Positions 50,607 through 60,863 are shown, counted from the first letter of the stretch. The stretch: DNA of 64,000 bases from Vulcanimicrobiota bacterium (GCA_963833095.1 CAWHWQ010000001.1:608001-672000); one strand, 5' to 3'. Notes: generated by a model not told the origin, from the letters alone. A program made the numbers and translations.

Positions 50607-52034
50607 TTAAAAGAGGTTCCAGAGATACTGGTTGTAGACTTCGTGGTGGAACTGCACCTCGGGCGACTTCACGAATGTGCCGAGCGTACGCGGGCAGCGG
50701 TCCGCCGCGACCTGTTTGAGTTCGGCGTAGCGTTCCTTCACATCGTCGCCCAGCATCGCGCTGGTCCAGGCTGACTTTCGGAACGCGTCGAGCGCGTCGT
50801 AGATGTTGTCGGGCAGATAACGCTCGGCTTGACGCAGATTGGGCGTGTTCGCAATGGCGCCTTCGAGGCCGGTCTTGAAGACCGCCAGCATCACCATATA
50901 CGGATTCGCATCCGGCGCGACCGAGCGGACCTCGACGCGCACGCTGCGTTCATTCCCTATTGGGAAACGGATCATCGAGCCGCGGTCAACCGCCGACGCC
51001 TTGATCTGGTTGGGCGCCTCGAAGTGCGGATCGAGCCGCCGGTATGCGTTTACCGACGCGTTGAGCATGAGGCAGATGTCGAGACCAGAACTCAAGATGC
51101 GGTCGGTAAATTGCATCGCGAGCGCGCTGAGGTTCTCGTCGCTCTTGGGATCCCAGAAGAGGTTTTTGCCGTCCTTGCTCACCGAGACGTTGGTGTGCAT
51201 GCCGTTCCCGTTGACGCCGACGACCGGCTTGGGCAAGAAGCTTGCGGTCATGTCCATCTGGGTTGCGACTTGCCGGCAGATCAGCTTGTAGAGCGCGATC
51301 TGATCGGCGGCGGCGACCACTTCGCCATAGTTATAGTTGATCTCGAACTGCGAAGGCGCTACTTCCGGATGGTCTTTCTCATTCTCGAAGCCCATTGAAC
51401 GCTGGACTTCAGCGACCGTATCAATGAAGGTCCGCAACGGATCGCCCGGGAGGGACCGATAGTAACCGCCGGTGTTGACGTACTCGAAGCCGCCGGTTTG
51501 ATGAAAGCGCTGCTCGGCATCCACGCCATCGAAAAGAAAGCCCTCGATTTCGTTTGCCGCGTTGAGGGTGTAACCGTTCTTGGCAAACTGGTCGTTGGAC
51601 AGCTTCTTGAGCACGCCCCGAATGTCAGCCGAGAAGGGCGAGCCGTCGCGGTTGAGCACGTCGCCGAAGACGAGCACTTTGCCCGGCCCGAACACGTCCG
51701 CCGGCGCCCAGTAGAATGCGGCCCAGTCGATTGCTAAGCGCAGATCGCTCTCGCGCTGAGGAGTGAAGCCGCGAATCGATGAGCCGTCGAAGGTCAGGTT
51801 CTCGTACGACTTGAGCAAAAACTTCTTGTCGTAGTCGAGCATGTGGAGCCGGCCCTCGAGATCGGAGAAAAGGACCGTGACCGCCTTGATCCGGCTCTCC
51901 TTGCCGAGGTAGCTCAACCGCTCTGCCTGGATCTTGTCGACAGGCACGCGGTTTTTTCGCTGCTCCTTGGCCGCTAGGTTGAGTTCCTCGAGCTCACCGT
52001 AGGACAGCTCAAGAAAATCACGCAACTCGGGCAT
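50607..52034 (-). CDS. glnA: Glutamine synthetase (type I family)
   Basis: FDGSSIRGF, EIEGF, HPEVAPSQFEIN, PKP..GVNGNGMH, YRRL.P.FEAP, EVRS. Confidence 0.93.
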   Translation of the reverse strand: MPELRDFLELSYGELEELNLAAKEQRKNRVPVDKIQAERLSYLGKESRIKAVTVLFSDLEGRLHMLDYDKKFLLKSYENLTFDGSSIRGFTPQRESDLRLAIDWAAFYWAPADVFGPGKVLVFGDVLNRDGSPFSADIRGVLKKLSNDQFAKNGYTLNAANEIEGFLFDGVDAEQRFHQTGGFEYVNTGGYYRSLPGDPLRTFIDTVAEVQRSMGFENEKDHPEVAPSQFEINYNYGEVVAAADQIALYKLICRQVATQMDMTASFLPKPVVGVNGNGMHTNVSVSKDGKNLFWDPKSDENLSALAMQFTDRILSSGLDICLMLNASVNAYRRLDPHFEAPNQIKASAVDRGSMIRFPIGNERSVRVEVRSVAPDANPYMVMLAVFKTGLEGAIANTPNLRQAERYLPDNIYDALDAFRKSAWTSAMLGDDVKERYAELKQVAADRCPRTLGTFVKSPEVQFHHEVYNQYLWNLF

Positions 52035-52198
52035 TCTTCATACTCCTTAACGTCTTCACGTCGATCGCACGCGGGGTGGGGGATTGCTGGCTCGACGGTT
52101 ACACAATTCGGAATGGGGACCTTTGTCCATTTGGTTAAAGCGCCGGCGGCCAAGCCCACCCCTAAGCCTGAGAATCCGGCCGGTCGATAAACACCCAA

Positions 52199-53431
52199 GT
52201 GGATTCCGTCGTAAACAGCCGCCCGGCGCTCGAGTTTATGCTCGCGCCGCACAATACCGCTGAGTTCTTCGCGCAGCATTTCGAGAAGCTCCCCTTGCAC
52301 GTGGAGCGGAACGACCCGGCCTATTTCGCCGACGTTTACAGCATCGCCGACGTCGAGGATTCACTGGTTGTCGGGGCGCGCGAACCGGAGAACTTCGCCC
52401 TGGTCAAAGCGGGAAGCCCTGAGGTCTCCGAGGACGACTTCACCTACGAGCGCCCGAGCGTGCGTTGGCGGCTCACCGGCAAGGGCCCACGTCGCTGGAT
52501 AGACGCGCGCAAGGTGATCTCGTATTTTGCCGATGGCTATACGCTTATCATTAAAGACGCCGCGCTCTTTAGCGCGCGCCTTCAACGCTTTTGCAATTAT
52601 CTCCAGCGCGACCTGATGGCCTTCGCCCAGCCGAACGTCTATTTCACGCCACCCTCAGCGCAAGGGTTTCAAGTCCATCACGACACGCACGACACCTTGA
52701 CGGCACAAGTCGTCGGCGAAAAAACCTGGCGCATCTACGAACCGATCATCCAGCTTCCGCTCGAATCACAGCCCTTCCACAGCGGCACCAAGGTCGAGGG
52801 CCTCAAACTCTTCGATGAGGTCCGGCTGCTCGCCGGAGACACGCTCTACATTCCGCGCGGCTTTCCCCACGAGGCCAAGACTTCGGATAGCGTGTCGCTG
52901 CATTGCACGTTTGCGCTCGCACCGGTTCGCGTAACCGACGTGATGGATCTTGCGCTTCGTATCGCCGGCGACCAAGACGTCGAGTTGCGCCACGCCTTGC
53001 CGCCCGCCGTCCTCGCGCAAGAAGATCTGGCAACGCGACTGGGCGAGTTCTTCGAATCGCGCCTCGCGCAGACGTTTGAAACGCCGCGCATGCAAGTGGC
53101 GGTTGACATCGCGCTCAACGAACTCTTCCGCTTAACGCGCCCGAACGCCAATGGTGCGTTCGAACAGGCGCTCGATACGTTTGATATCAAGCCGGACACG
53201 CGCGTGCGCATCGACGACGCGGTGCCGTACATGGTGCGTCAGCGTGGCGAAGGCATCGAGCTGCTGATCGCGGGCAAAGTCGTCGCGTTTCCGCCGATCT
53301 GCCGCGCAGCATTCGAGCATCTCCAGCGTGGACCCACGAGCGTCGCCGAGATGGACCCCTCGCTTTCGCCGGAACATCGCGCGTTGCTCATCAAGCTGTT
53401 GGTCCTCGAAGGCCTCGTCATCATCGAGTAA
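52199..53431 (+). CDS. JmjC/cupin 2-oxoglutarate oxygenase (RoxA/YcfD-like)
   Basis: NVYFTP, HHDTHD (HxD), GEKTW, LYIPRGFPH. Confidence 0.88.
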   Translation: MDSVVNSRPALEFMLAPHNTAEFFAQHFEKLPLHVERNDPAYFADVYSIADVEDSLVVGAREPENFALVKAGSPEVSEDDFTYERPSVRWRLTGKGPRRWIDARKVISYFADGYTLIIKDAALFSARLQRFCNYLQRDLMAFAQPNVYFTPPSAQGFQVHHDTHDTLTAQVVGEKTWRIYEPIIQLPLESQPFHSGTKVEGLKLFDEVRLLAGDTLYIPRGFPHEAKTSDSVSLHCTFALAPVRVTDVMDLALRIAGDQDVELRHALPPAVLAQEDLATRLGEFFESRLAQTFETPRMQVAVDIALNELFRLTRPNANGAFEQALDTFDIKPDTRVRIDDAVPYMVRQRGEGIELLIAGKVVAFPPICRAAFEHLQRGPTSVAEMDPSLSPEHRALLIKLLVLEGLVIIE

Positions 53432-53443
53432 GGAGCCGCTGAT

Positions 53444-55069
53444 TTAGCCAGGCTCCTTAAACATCTCTCTCAGTTTATACTTTTGAATTTTTCCGGTGAC
53501 GGTCATCGGGAAGGCATCCGTGAAGCGCACGTAGTGCGGAACCTTGAAGTGCGCGATCTTTCCTTGACAATAGGCTTTTAGGTCGTCTTCGCTGACCTTC
53601 GCGTCTTCGTGGACGATGATCCAGGCGCAGAGCTGCTCGCCGAAGCGCTCGTCGGGAACCCCCACCACGCTCACGTCCCGGATCGCGGGATGCGTGAAAA
53701 GAAACTCCTCGATCTCGCGCGGATAGATATTTTCGCCCCCGCGAATCACCATGTCTTTGACACGGCCCGAGATCATCACATATCCGTCATCGTCCATGAT
53801 TGCGATATCGCCGGTGTGCATGTACCGTGCCGAATCGATTGAAGCCGCCGTGTTTTCGGGATCGTTCCAATAGCCTAGCATGACGCTGTAGCCCCGCGTG
53901 CAGAGTTCACCTGGGACGTTGCGCGGGACGATGCGGCCGCGATCGTCCACAATCTTCACCTCGACGTGCGGATGCACGCGCCCGACGGTTCCGACACGTT
54001 TCTCGACGGGATCATCAACTGCGGTTTGGAACGAAACCGGCGACGTTTCGGTCATACCATAGCAAATCGTCACCTGGTCCATGTGCATCTCGCTGCGCAC
54101 GCGCTTCATGACTTCCACGGGGCAGGGCGCGCCGGCCATAATACCTGTTCGCAGCGAGGATAGATCGAAATCCGCGAAGTTCGGCAGCGCGAGTTCCGCG
54201 ATGAACATCGTGGGCACGCCATAGAGCGACGTGCAGTGTTCCGATTCAACGGCCGCAAGCGAAGCCTGCGGGTCGAAGGCCGGTGCAGGAATCACGATCG
54301 CCGCTCCGTGGGTGATGCAAGCGAGATTGCCCAGAACCATCCCGAAGCAATGATAGAAGGGAACGGGTATGCAGACGCGATCGTCCGGTGTATACCGGCA
54401 GATCTCACCGATGAAGAATCCGTTGTTGAGAATGTTGTGGTGCGAAAGAGTCGCGCCTTTCGGAAATCCGGTCGTACCCGACGTATATTGTATGTTGATC
54501 GCTTCGTCGAATTGCGCAGCGCGCTGCCGGATCTCGAGCTGTTCGGCCGTGATGCCGGCCGACGCGGCGCGCAGCTCGTCCCAGCGCAAATCACCAAGAC
54601 GGCGCGGAGCGCCGTCGCCGATCGCTACAACCTCGAACAAGTCGGGAAGCCGATCGCGCACCTCTTCGACCATGGTAAGATAGTCGCTGGTTTTGTAGTG
54701 CGATTGCACGAGGAGCATACGCACGCCGCTTTGACGCAGGACGTATTCGAGCTCGACCGTACGATAAGCCGGATTGATATTGACGAGGATGGCCCCGATC
54801 TTCGCTGTAGCAAACTGCGCGATTGTCCACTCCACATTGTTCGTAGACCAGATGCCCACGCGTTCGCCATGTCGCACACCCAGGGCAAGCAGTCCGCGCG
54901 CAATCTCATCGCACGCCTGCGCGAACTGCGCGTAGCGCAGGCGAACACCCTGGTGCGCGCTGACGACGGCTTCGCGGTCGGGGTACTGCAGCGCAACGCG
55001 ATCGAGCAACTCGCCGATCGTTTCACCGATCAGCGAAACATCGCTTGCACCATGCGTGTAGCTGATCAT
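53444..55069 (-). CDS. AMP-binding acyl-CoA synthetase
   Basis: [40 protein letters not shown]. Confidence 0.94.
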   Translation of the reverse strand: MISYTHGASDVSLIGETIGELLDRVALQYPDREAVVSAHQGVRLRYAQFAQACDEIARGLLALGVRHGERVGIWSTNNVEWTIAQFATAKIGAILVNINPAYRTVELEYVLRQSGVRMLLVQSHYKTSDYLTMVEEVRDRLPDLFEVVAIGDGAPRRLGDLRWDELRAASAGITAEQLEIRQRAAQFDEAINIQYTSGTTGFPKGATLSHHNILNNGFFIGEICRYTPDDRVCIPVPFYHCFGMVLGNLACITHGAAIVIPAPAFDPQASLAAVESEHCTSLYGVPTMFIAELALPNFADFDLSSLRTGIMAGAPCPVEVMKRVRSEMHMDQVTICYGMTETSPVSFQTAVDDPVEKRVGTVGRVHPHVEVKIVDDRGRIVPRNVPGELCTRGYSVMLGYWNDPENTAASIDSARYMHTGDIAIMDDDGYVMISGRVKDMVIRGGENIYPREIEEFLFTHPAIRDVSVVGVPDERFGEQLCAWIIVHEDAKVSEDDLKAYCQGKIAHFKVPHYVRFTDAFPMTVTGKIQKYKLREMFKEPG

Positions 55070-55548
55070 TCTTCGCCGTCGAAGTAGTCGAGCGGCTCGG
55101 CGCGCATGAACGCTCGTTCGGGTAGGACGACGCCGTGCTTCTTACTGTCGGGGTAATACCACGACTCGCCGATCGGGTTATCCGCGACGCAGATGAGCAC
55201 GAGGTCCTCGTGACCATCGCCGCCGCGAATTTGGTGCGCCTCACCGGGCTTGAACAAAAATGTATCGCCGGGTCCGATTGCCGTTAGCCCGGTCTCGTCG
55301 CGCACGAGGCCGTTCCCGGACAGCACGTGATAAAACTCCCACTGCGCGCTATGCGAGTGATACGGACAACCGGGAACTCCCGGTGGAATGCGTTGGATTT
55401 CGACGTCGAACGGATGACGCTTGAGTAGGTCGGTCGACTCGCGCTTGCGGCCAAGCGCCTCGGAGAGCTGCTTGCCGTATCCACCCATCGTTCGCTTGGG
55501 CGACCACCATTCGATCTCGGGAACGTCGCCCGCATTGATCTTCTGCAC
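55066..55548 (-). CDS. Cupin domain protein
   Basis: [15 protein letters not shown]...PGEAHQI, YYPDS; start approximate. Confidence 0.85.
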   Translation of the reverse strand: MQKINAGDVPEIEWWSPKRTMGGYGKQLSEALGRKRESTDLLKRHPFDVEIQRIPPGVPGCPYHSHSAQWEFYHVLSGNGLVRDETGLTAIGPGDTFLFKPGEAHQIRGGDGHEDLVLICVADNPIGESWYYPDSKKHGVVLPERAFMRAEPLDYFDGEE

Positions 55549-55591
55549 GACGACCAATTCGCCAACGCAGAAACATGAACCCCGCTGTATA

Positions 55592-57130
55592 CTAAGGGCG
55601 CCCGGTAATATACGCGAACTTCGAGCCGTCGACGTCGTCGATCGTTGCGATGTGGAAAAAGCCACGCCGCTCGACCGGATCGTTGGCATCGACCGCGAGC
55701 ATTGTGCCGGGCAGGAAGCATTTCGGATCGCTGATTCCGTCGATCCAGGTTAGATCGCTACCGAGCAGATAAAATCGTGAATAGGAGTCAGCGTCGTACC
55801 ATTGCGGCAAGACCGAAAAGCAGACGCGCTGGTAGCTTCTTTGCGCGACGATCTGCTCGAACATCGCGCGCGTTCCGGAATCCCACGCGTTTGAATTTTG
55901 GTGTACGTACCTCGTGAAGTAGAACCAGGAGAACTGCACGACCGAAATCGTTGCCACGATTGTGAAGGCCGCCGCAACCGCAAAACGCGCGCCCCGTGCG
56001 ACGCGATGCCGCTTGATGCTTCCCGACGCATCGAGCAATAGCGTGAGACCCATAGCCGCGAGGATGCAGAATACCGGCGCCCCGGCAAGCGTTCGTGGCG
56101 CATTGGGCGCGCCTTCGTTGGTCAGCGCGCCTCCAAGCGGGTAGACTAAAAGCCAGAACCAGACCCATGCCGCAAGCGCTCGGTTACGCACGTATTTGAA
56201 TGTGCAGAGCACGCCTAGGGCAGCAAGTGGGATCAACCACCAGTAGAACGCGCCGAAGCCATCGAGGTAGCGCCAGGTCAGACCGGGGTGCGGATCGCCG
56301 TTGATTGCGAGATACGACCAACGAAACTGACCGGCATAATTCGAGGCAAACGCTTTGAGCGCAGCAAGTGAGAAGCCGCTTGCGAAGATGGTCAAGCGCT
56401 GCACGCGCGCGCTTGTTTGCGGCTCGAAAAAGAGCATCCAGTAGGCCGGGGCGGACGCAACGAACCACAGCGCGACCGCCGCATAGACCCGGCTCACCGT
56501 CCGCCACGAGCGATAGGTTACGGCATAGATCGCGAAGAGCGGCGCGCCAAGAGCGATTGCGTAGAACCATCCCGCGAGGTACGTGTACGCGGTCGCGGCA
56601 AGGAGTAATGCGGCCCATCCCAAAAGCGGCGGCGCGCCTCGACCCAGTGCGCGCAATAGCACGTAGATTCCACCGAGTAAAAGGGGCAACTCGGATGCCG
56701 GTTCCCACGCGATGCGCGAGAATTGAACGAAAATGGGCGCGATCGCCTGCAGCAGTGCCGCGAGCAACGCAATATCGCGGCGCTTGGTCAGTTCGAGCAC
56801 AATCGCATAGATCAGAAGCACCGTCACAAGGCCTAAGATCACTGCGGGTAAACGCAGGCCGAACGGCGTTTTGCCGAAGAGCAGCGTCGAGGCAAACCCC
56901 GCGACCGCGTACACCGGCGGGTTTCGCGTAAACCGCGCGTAGAGAAACGGCAATAGCGCCCCATCGACGTCGTGTCCAGTCGTCGCGATGCTATGCGCGG
57001 AGTTATAGAGGTCGATTTCGTCGACGATCACTTCGCTCGGGATCGCCGAGATTTGGTACAGTCGTAGGAACGCGCCGAGCAGCACGATCAGGACGAGAGC
57101 GACAGATGCTCTCGAGATGCGCGCCTGCAC
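55592..57130 (-). CDS. GT39/ArnT-like membrane glycosyltransferase
   Basis: FLRLY...DE, PP, LRLP, many TM segments. Confidence 0.85.
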   Translation of the reverse strand: MQARISRASVALVLIVLLGAFLRLYQISAIPSEVIVDEIDLYNSAHSIATTGHDVDGALLPFLYARFTRNPPVYAVAGFASTLLFGKTPFGLRLPAVILGLVTVLLIYAIVLELTKRRDIALLAALLQAIAPIFVQFSRIAWEPASELPLLLGGIYVLLRALGRGAPPLLGWAALLLAATAYTYLAGWFYAIALGAPLFAIYAVTYRSWRTVSRVYAAVALWFVASAPAYWMLFFEPQTSARVQRLTIFASGFSLAALKAFASNYAGQFRWSYLAINGDPHPGLTWRYLDGFGAFYWWLIPLAALGVLCTFKYVRNRALAAWVWFWLLVYPLGGALTNEGAPNAPRTLAGAPVFCILAAMGLTLLLDASGSIKRHRVARGARFAVAAAFTIVATISVVQFSWFYFTRYVHQNSNAWDSGTRAMFEQIVAQRSYQRVCFSVLPQWYDADSYSRFYLLGSDLTWIDGISDPKCFLPGTMLAVDANDPVERRGFFHIATIDDVDGSKFAYITGRP

Positions 57131-57136
57131 TCGCGG

Positions 57137-57409
57137 TTAGTGCTGTGCGAAGCGCAGTTTCGAGCGCTCTTTCGCCTTGTGCGCCTCAACTTCGCGATCG
57201 CGCGGCGGCGCGTTGGTGACGAGAGAGGCGAGCAGTTCGCGAGCGGCGTCCGTTACGTGGTCGACTGCGTGATTGAAGGCGGCTTCATTCGCCTTCGACG
57301 GATGCGTGAAGCCGCTGAGCTTGCGCACGAACTGAATCGCCGACGCTCGGATCTCGTCGTCGGTCGCCGGCGGCGCAAAATTGTGAAGCGTTTTAATGTT
57401 CCGGCACAT
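57137..57409 (-). CDS. DUF2277 family protein
   Basis: MCRNIKTLHNF.PPATDDEIRA..QFVRKLSG. Confidence 0.88.
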   Translation of the reverse strand: MCRNIKTLHNFAPPATDDEIRASAIQFVRKLSGFTHPSKANEAAFNHAVDHVTDAARELLASLVTNAPPRDREVEAHKAKERSKLRFAQH

Positions 57410-57512
57410 GCACAACGATTTCGCAGTCGAATCCCGGCAATCCGCCTGGGGGCGCAAGGGAAAGCCGTTCCAAGGTCCAACGACATTCGCCCGAGGAGGG
57501 CTGTTGCACACG

Positions 57513-57929
57513 ATGACTTCGTATCGCATTGCATGTTTTGCGGTCACTTTCGCGCTGAGCGCGATGCTCGTCAGCGCACCCGCTGGCGCAACATTACAGA
57601 CAGTGATCGCCCAACGCAGCATCGTCCCCGGAAAGCCCTTTAGCGACTGCAGTACGCGAGCCAAGAGCGCCCTGACCAGCGTGATGCAAGACGCCACGGA
57701 AGCGGGCGACGGATCGGGCGACTGGTTCGGCTCCACGAGCGTTGACTCATCGATCTCCGCTGTGGCGGTGGTCGAGTGTCATCAACTTGACAGTGGGTAC
57801 GCCGTCAGCTTCACGTGCAGCGCTCAGGTGCCACCCAATGTGGACACGGCGGCCGCATTGTGCACCAAACTCGTTGCCGCCTTCGGCGCGACGACGGCTT
57901 CGACGGCTGGAGGTGCTTCGTGGCGTTGA
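57513..57929 (+). CDS. Hypothetical secreted Cys-containing protein (paralog 1)
   Basis: Signal peptide; 4-Cys domain shared with the next gene. Confidence 0.7.
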   Translation: MTSYRIACFAVTFALSAMLVSAPAGATLQTVIAQRSIVPGKPFSDCSTRAKSALTSVMQDATEAGDGSGDWFGSTSVDSSISAVAVVECHQLDSGYAVSFTCSAQVPPNVDTAAALCTKLVAAFGATTASTAGGASWR

Positions 57930-58582
57930 TCCCTCCGCGCGGACGCCTGTTCGCAATGTTCTTCGCGCTTGCCATTCTCGTAACCGGCGGGCTCTCGCCG
58001 GCGGCCGTGGATCTGTCCACGGGCTTACGTTACGCGATTCCGGTCGGCACCATGGATGAGTGTGGAACCAAAGCGCAGGCCGCGCTTAACGCGTATCTGC
58101 AAAATGCAACCGAATCGTCGCCGGGTGAATGGATCGCTACCGGTCCGCTTGGACAAGTCGGGCGCCCCGACACGACGGCCGCCGCTACCGTCCACTGTTA
58201 TCCCAACGGCAAAGGCTACGTCGTAAGCTTCTCATGCACGGTCGAAACGCCGAACAATCCTTACGATGCGAACTCATTGTGCTTGGACATCGGTCACAAC
58301 TTTAATGGCGGGCCGCAAAAACCGTTGGCAACGCCGACGCCGATGCCGACCGGCTGTACGACAGCTAACCTGATCGGCACCTGGCAATCGGATGATAACC
58401 CAAAGCTGAGTGTCAAGATGGATGCGAGCGGCGAACTCACCGATAGCGAAGACGTCATCGGTAGCTGGGTGCTTAGCGGCAACAAAGCCATCATCACGTA
58501 CTACGGAAACCACAACATGACGCTATCGGCCGACGGCAAACATCTCGCCGGCGGAGGGTACAGTTTCACGCGTAAGTGCTAG
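57920..58582 (+). CDS. Hypothetical secreted Cys-containing protein (paralog 2) with extra C-terminal beta domain
   Basis: GGAGG RBS, hydrophobic leader, same 4-Cys domain, PTP linker, LIGTW...GSW domain. Confidence 0.7.
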   Translation: MALIPPRGRLFAMFFALAILVTGGLSPAAVDLSTGLRYAIPVGTMDECGTKAQAALNAYLQNATESSPGEWIATGPLGQVGRPDTTAAATVHCYPNGKGYVVSFSCTVETPNNPYDANSLCLDIGHNFNGGPQKPLATPTPMPTGCTTANLIGTWQSDDNPKLSVKMDASGELTDSEDVIGSWVLSGNKAIITYYGNHNMTLSADGKHLAGGGYSFTRKC

Positions 58583-58656
58583 CCGAATTGCTCGTCTTCA
58601 AAGCGAATTCCAAGGCTGGGAGCGCAGGCTGAACTCCTAGATGTCAGGAGGACACT

Positions 58657-59040
58657 ATGCAACGCCTCTCTCCCATCGCCGAAATCTTCGGCTACCTCGT
58701 CTGCCTCATCGCCATCGTCGTCTTCTTCATCAGCGTCGCGGGCATCGTCAACGGCGCGTTTCGGGTGGTGAACCCAAGCGCCGGCCCCCGAGTGATCGCT
58801 GCGCGCATGTTATCCGGCCACGGCTGGGAGCGCGCGCGGTCGATGGCCGCGCCTCCGGATGTCATGCCCCCACCTCCGAATGCCGCCGCCGCGACCGCGA
58901 TCCGAGCGCGCTTCGAAGGTGACGCGCGCTTTGACGCCGCGCGCAAGCTGGTGCTTTCAATCGTGATGCTGATCGTCTCGGTGCTCGCCTTCCGGCGCGC
59001 CTTCGAGTGGATTAACCCGAGGCAAGGCTCAACCGCGTAG
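58657..59040 (+). CDS. Hypothetical 2-TM membrane protein
   Basis: AGGAGG RBS; YLVCLIAIVVF and LSIVMLIVS helices. Confidence 0.75.
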   Translation: MQRLSPIAEIFGYLVCLIAIVVFFISVAGIVNGAFRVVNPSAGPRVIAARMLSGHGWERARSMAAPPDVMPPPPNAAAATAIRARFEGDARFDAARKLVLSIVMLIVSVLAFRRAFEWINPRQGSTA

Positions 59041-59056
59041 CGGCAGACAGCTCCGA

Positions 59057-59380
59057 TTACGACCGTACCGAAATCCGATCCACGACCCCTTTGACTCCAG
59101 GTACGCCGCGTACCGTGTGAACGATCACGCGATCGATCTCTTGGCTCGGAGCTGTTCCAGTGAGGGTGACGACGCCATTATGCGACAGCGGCGCAACGTG
59201 GAATGTGTTCACGCCGGCTTGCGCGGCTATCGCCGCCGACACGCGAACGTCGAGTGCCGCGTCGAGCGACTGCTTCCGCGCGATCTGGTAATCTTGCGTC
59301 GCTTCGTGCGATGCGGACTGCTGCTGCTGCGCCGAACATCCGGCGAGGATTGCAAGGGCAAACAAAATCGACGTCTTCAT
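59057..59380 (-). CDS. BON domain lipoprotein
   Basis: LAGC lipobox; GVVTLTG...VPGVKGVVDRI. Confidence 0.85.
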   Translation of the reverse strand: MKTSILFALAILAGCSAQQQQSASHEATQDYQIARKQSLDAALDVRVSAAIAAQAGVNTFHVAPLSHNGVVTLTGTAPSQEIDRVIVHTVRGVPGVKGVVDRISVRS

Positions 59381-59462
59381 GGAGACTAACGTACCCCACG
59401 GGCGGCAAGCTACCCACCGTGTGGCGGAAACCTTCGCGCGGGGCCCGAGGTCTTGCGCTGAA

Positions 59463-59969
59463 ATGGAGCTCTTTCGCTCAACGCTCGAGACACGGTACGG
59501 ACGGCTCAACCTGACGGTAAACACCGACGGCGTCTTGATCGAAGTTTGGTTGCCCAATCGCGCTGTGGCCATCGCGCCCACGCGGGCGTTCCCGCCTGCC
59601 GCCGAAGAGGGCATGCGCGCCGTCCGCGTTCAGCTCAACGAATATTTTCTTGGCACGCGCCGCACCTTCGATGTCCCGATCGACCCGCACGGCACATCGT
59701 TCGAGCGACGCGTGTGGAAGCGACTGCGCGAAATCCCCTACGGAGCGACGACGTCGTACGGGGCCATCGCGGGGGAATTTGGACTGCGCAGCGGAGCGCG
59801 CGCCGTCGGGCGCGCGAACGGTGCGAATCCTATTCCCATCATCATTCCTTGTCATCGCGTCATTGGGGCGGACGGAACGCTCACCGGCTTCGGCGGTGGC
59901 CTGCCGCTCAAGCAGGCGCTGCTCGAACTCGAAGGTGCAATTCCACCGCCCGAACCGACGTTGTTATGA
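59463..59969 (+). CDS. ogt: Methylated-DNA--protein-cysteine methyltransferase
   Basis: IPYG.TTSYG, ARAVG.ANG.NP, IPCHRVIG. Confidence 0.93.
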   Translation: MELFRSTLETRYGRLNLTVNTDGVLIEVWLPNRAVAIAPTRAFPPAAEEGMRAVRVQLNEYFLGTRRTFDVPIDPHGTSFERRVWKRLREIPYGATTSYGAIAGEFGLRSGARAVGRANGANPIPIIIPCHRVIGADGTLTGFGGGLPLKQALLELEGAIPPPEPTLL

Positions 59970-59976
59970 CTCCCGG

Positions 59977-60787
59977 CTACTGGGTCTGGAAGGTCCACCC
60001 GGTAGAGAATCGGCTTCCGGCTTCCGTGGTGCCGGTCACGGTGATCTGATGCATCCCGGAGTTGAGCGCGAACGAGGGGGTCACGTTAAAACCTGTTGCG
60101 TTCGCATAGACACTTCTGGTAATGTCGCGGCCGTCGATGGAAACGCGCAGCGAATCGCGGCTTATCGGCTCGCTGTACGTCGCGTGTATCGCAGGATTCT
60201 CGTTACGCGACGATCTGTTCGGGGTCTCGTTCGAAAGGTGGAACGATTGATTGACCGGAGCTTGGTAGTTATTGTCGCGATTGCCGGCCGTTGTTGCCAT
60301 TGTTGCCGTTGTTGCCGTTATCGCGGTTGCCGCCGCTGTTGTTGCCGGTGCCGGCGATCGTTACGGTCGAGGTGTTGTTGTTCCAATCGACTGACGCTCC
60401 GAGGGCCTGGGCGATGAAGCGTAGCGGAACGAGCGTGCTCGAACCGACGATGAACGGCGCATCGTCGAGGTTCTGTGTCTGACCATTGACGGTCGCCTGG
60501 TTCGAACCGATACGCAGCGAAACATTTCGTCCGTTTCCAGTCGCGTTGATGGTTCCGCCGTCATAAACAACGGTAGCGCCGAGACGCTCGAATACGCCAC
60601 GAAGGGGCACGAACACGCGGCCGGCGCGCTCGATCGGGGGCTGGTTGAACTGCATCTGCTGGCCGTTGACGACGACCGCGACCGTGGTTTGGCCGATGGC
60701 CGGCTGCGCGACGGCAAACACGGCACAAAGAGAGATCGACGCTGCAGCGGCGAGAGCCGTGCGACTGACAATCAAGCTATTTGACAT
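59977..60787 (-). CDS. Copper-amine-oxidase N-terminal (stalk) domain secreted protein, one frameshift near 60286
   Basis: GRVFVPLRGVFERLGA, TLVPLRFIAQALGA.V.W; GNN linker; Ig-like C-terminus in the shifted frame. Confidence 0.82.
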
Positions 60788-60863
60788 ACGAGACTTCTTT
60801 CAGAGAAAACGTGAGAGCGGCCTCGCGGCCGCTCCCTGTAAAGGTACGAAGCGCGTCGCGCTT

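Noticed and set aside
52199..55548. JmjC plus acyl-CoA synthetase plus cupin as a biosynthetic cluster
   Set aside because: The genes are convergent and there is no precursor peptide, carrier protein or exporter.
59379..59462. Extended ogt N-terminus sharing a CATG with the BON gene
   Set aside because: The extension has no Ogt-like character; ATG 59463 gives a typical length.
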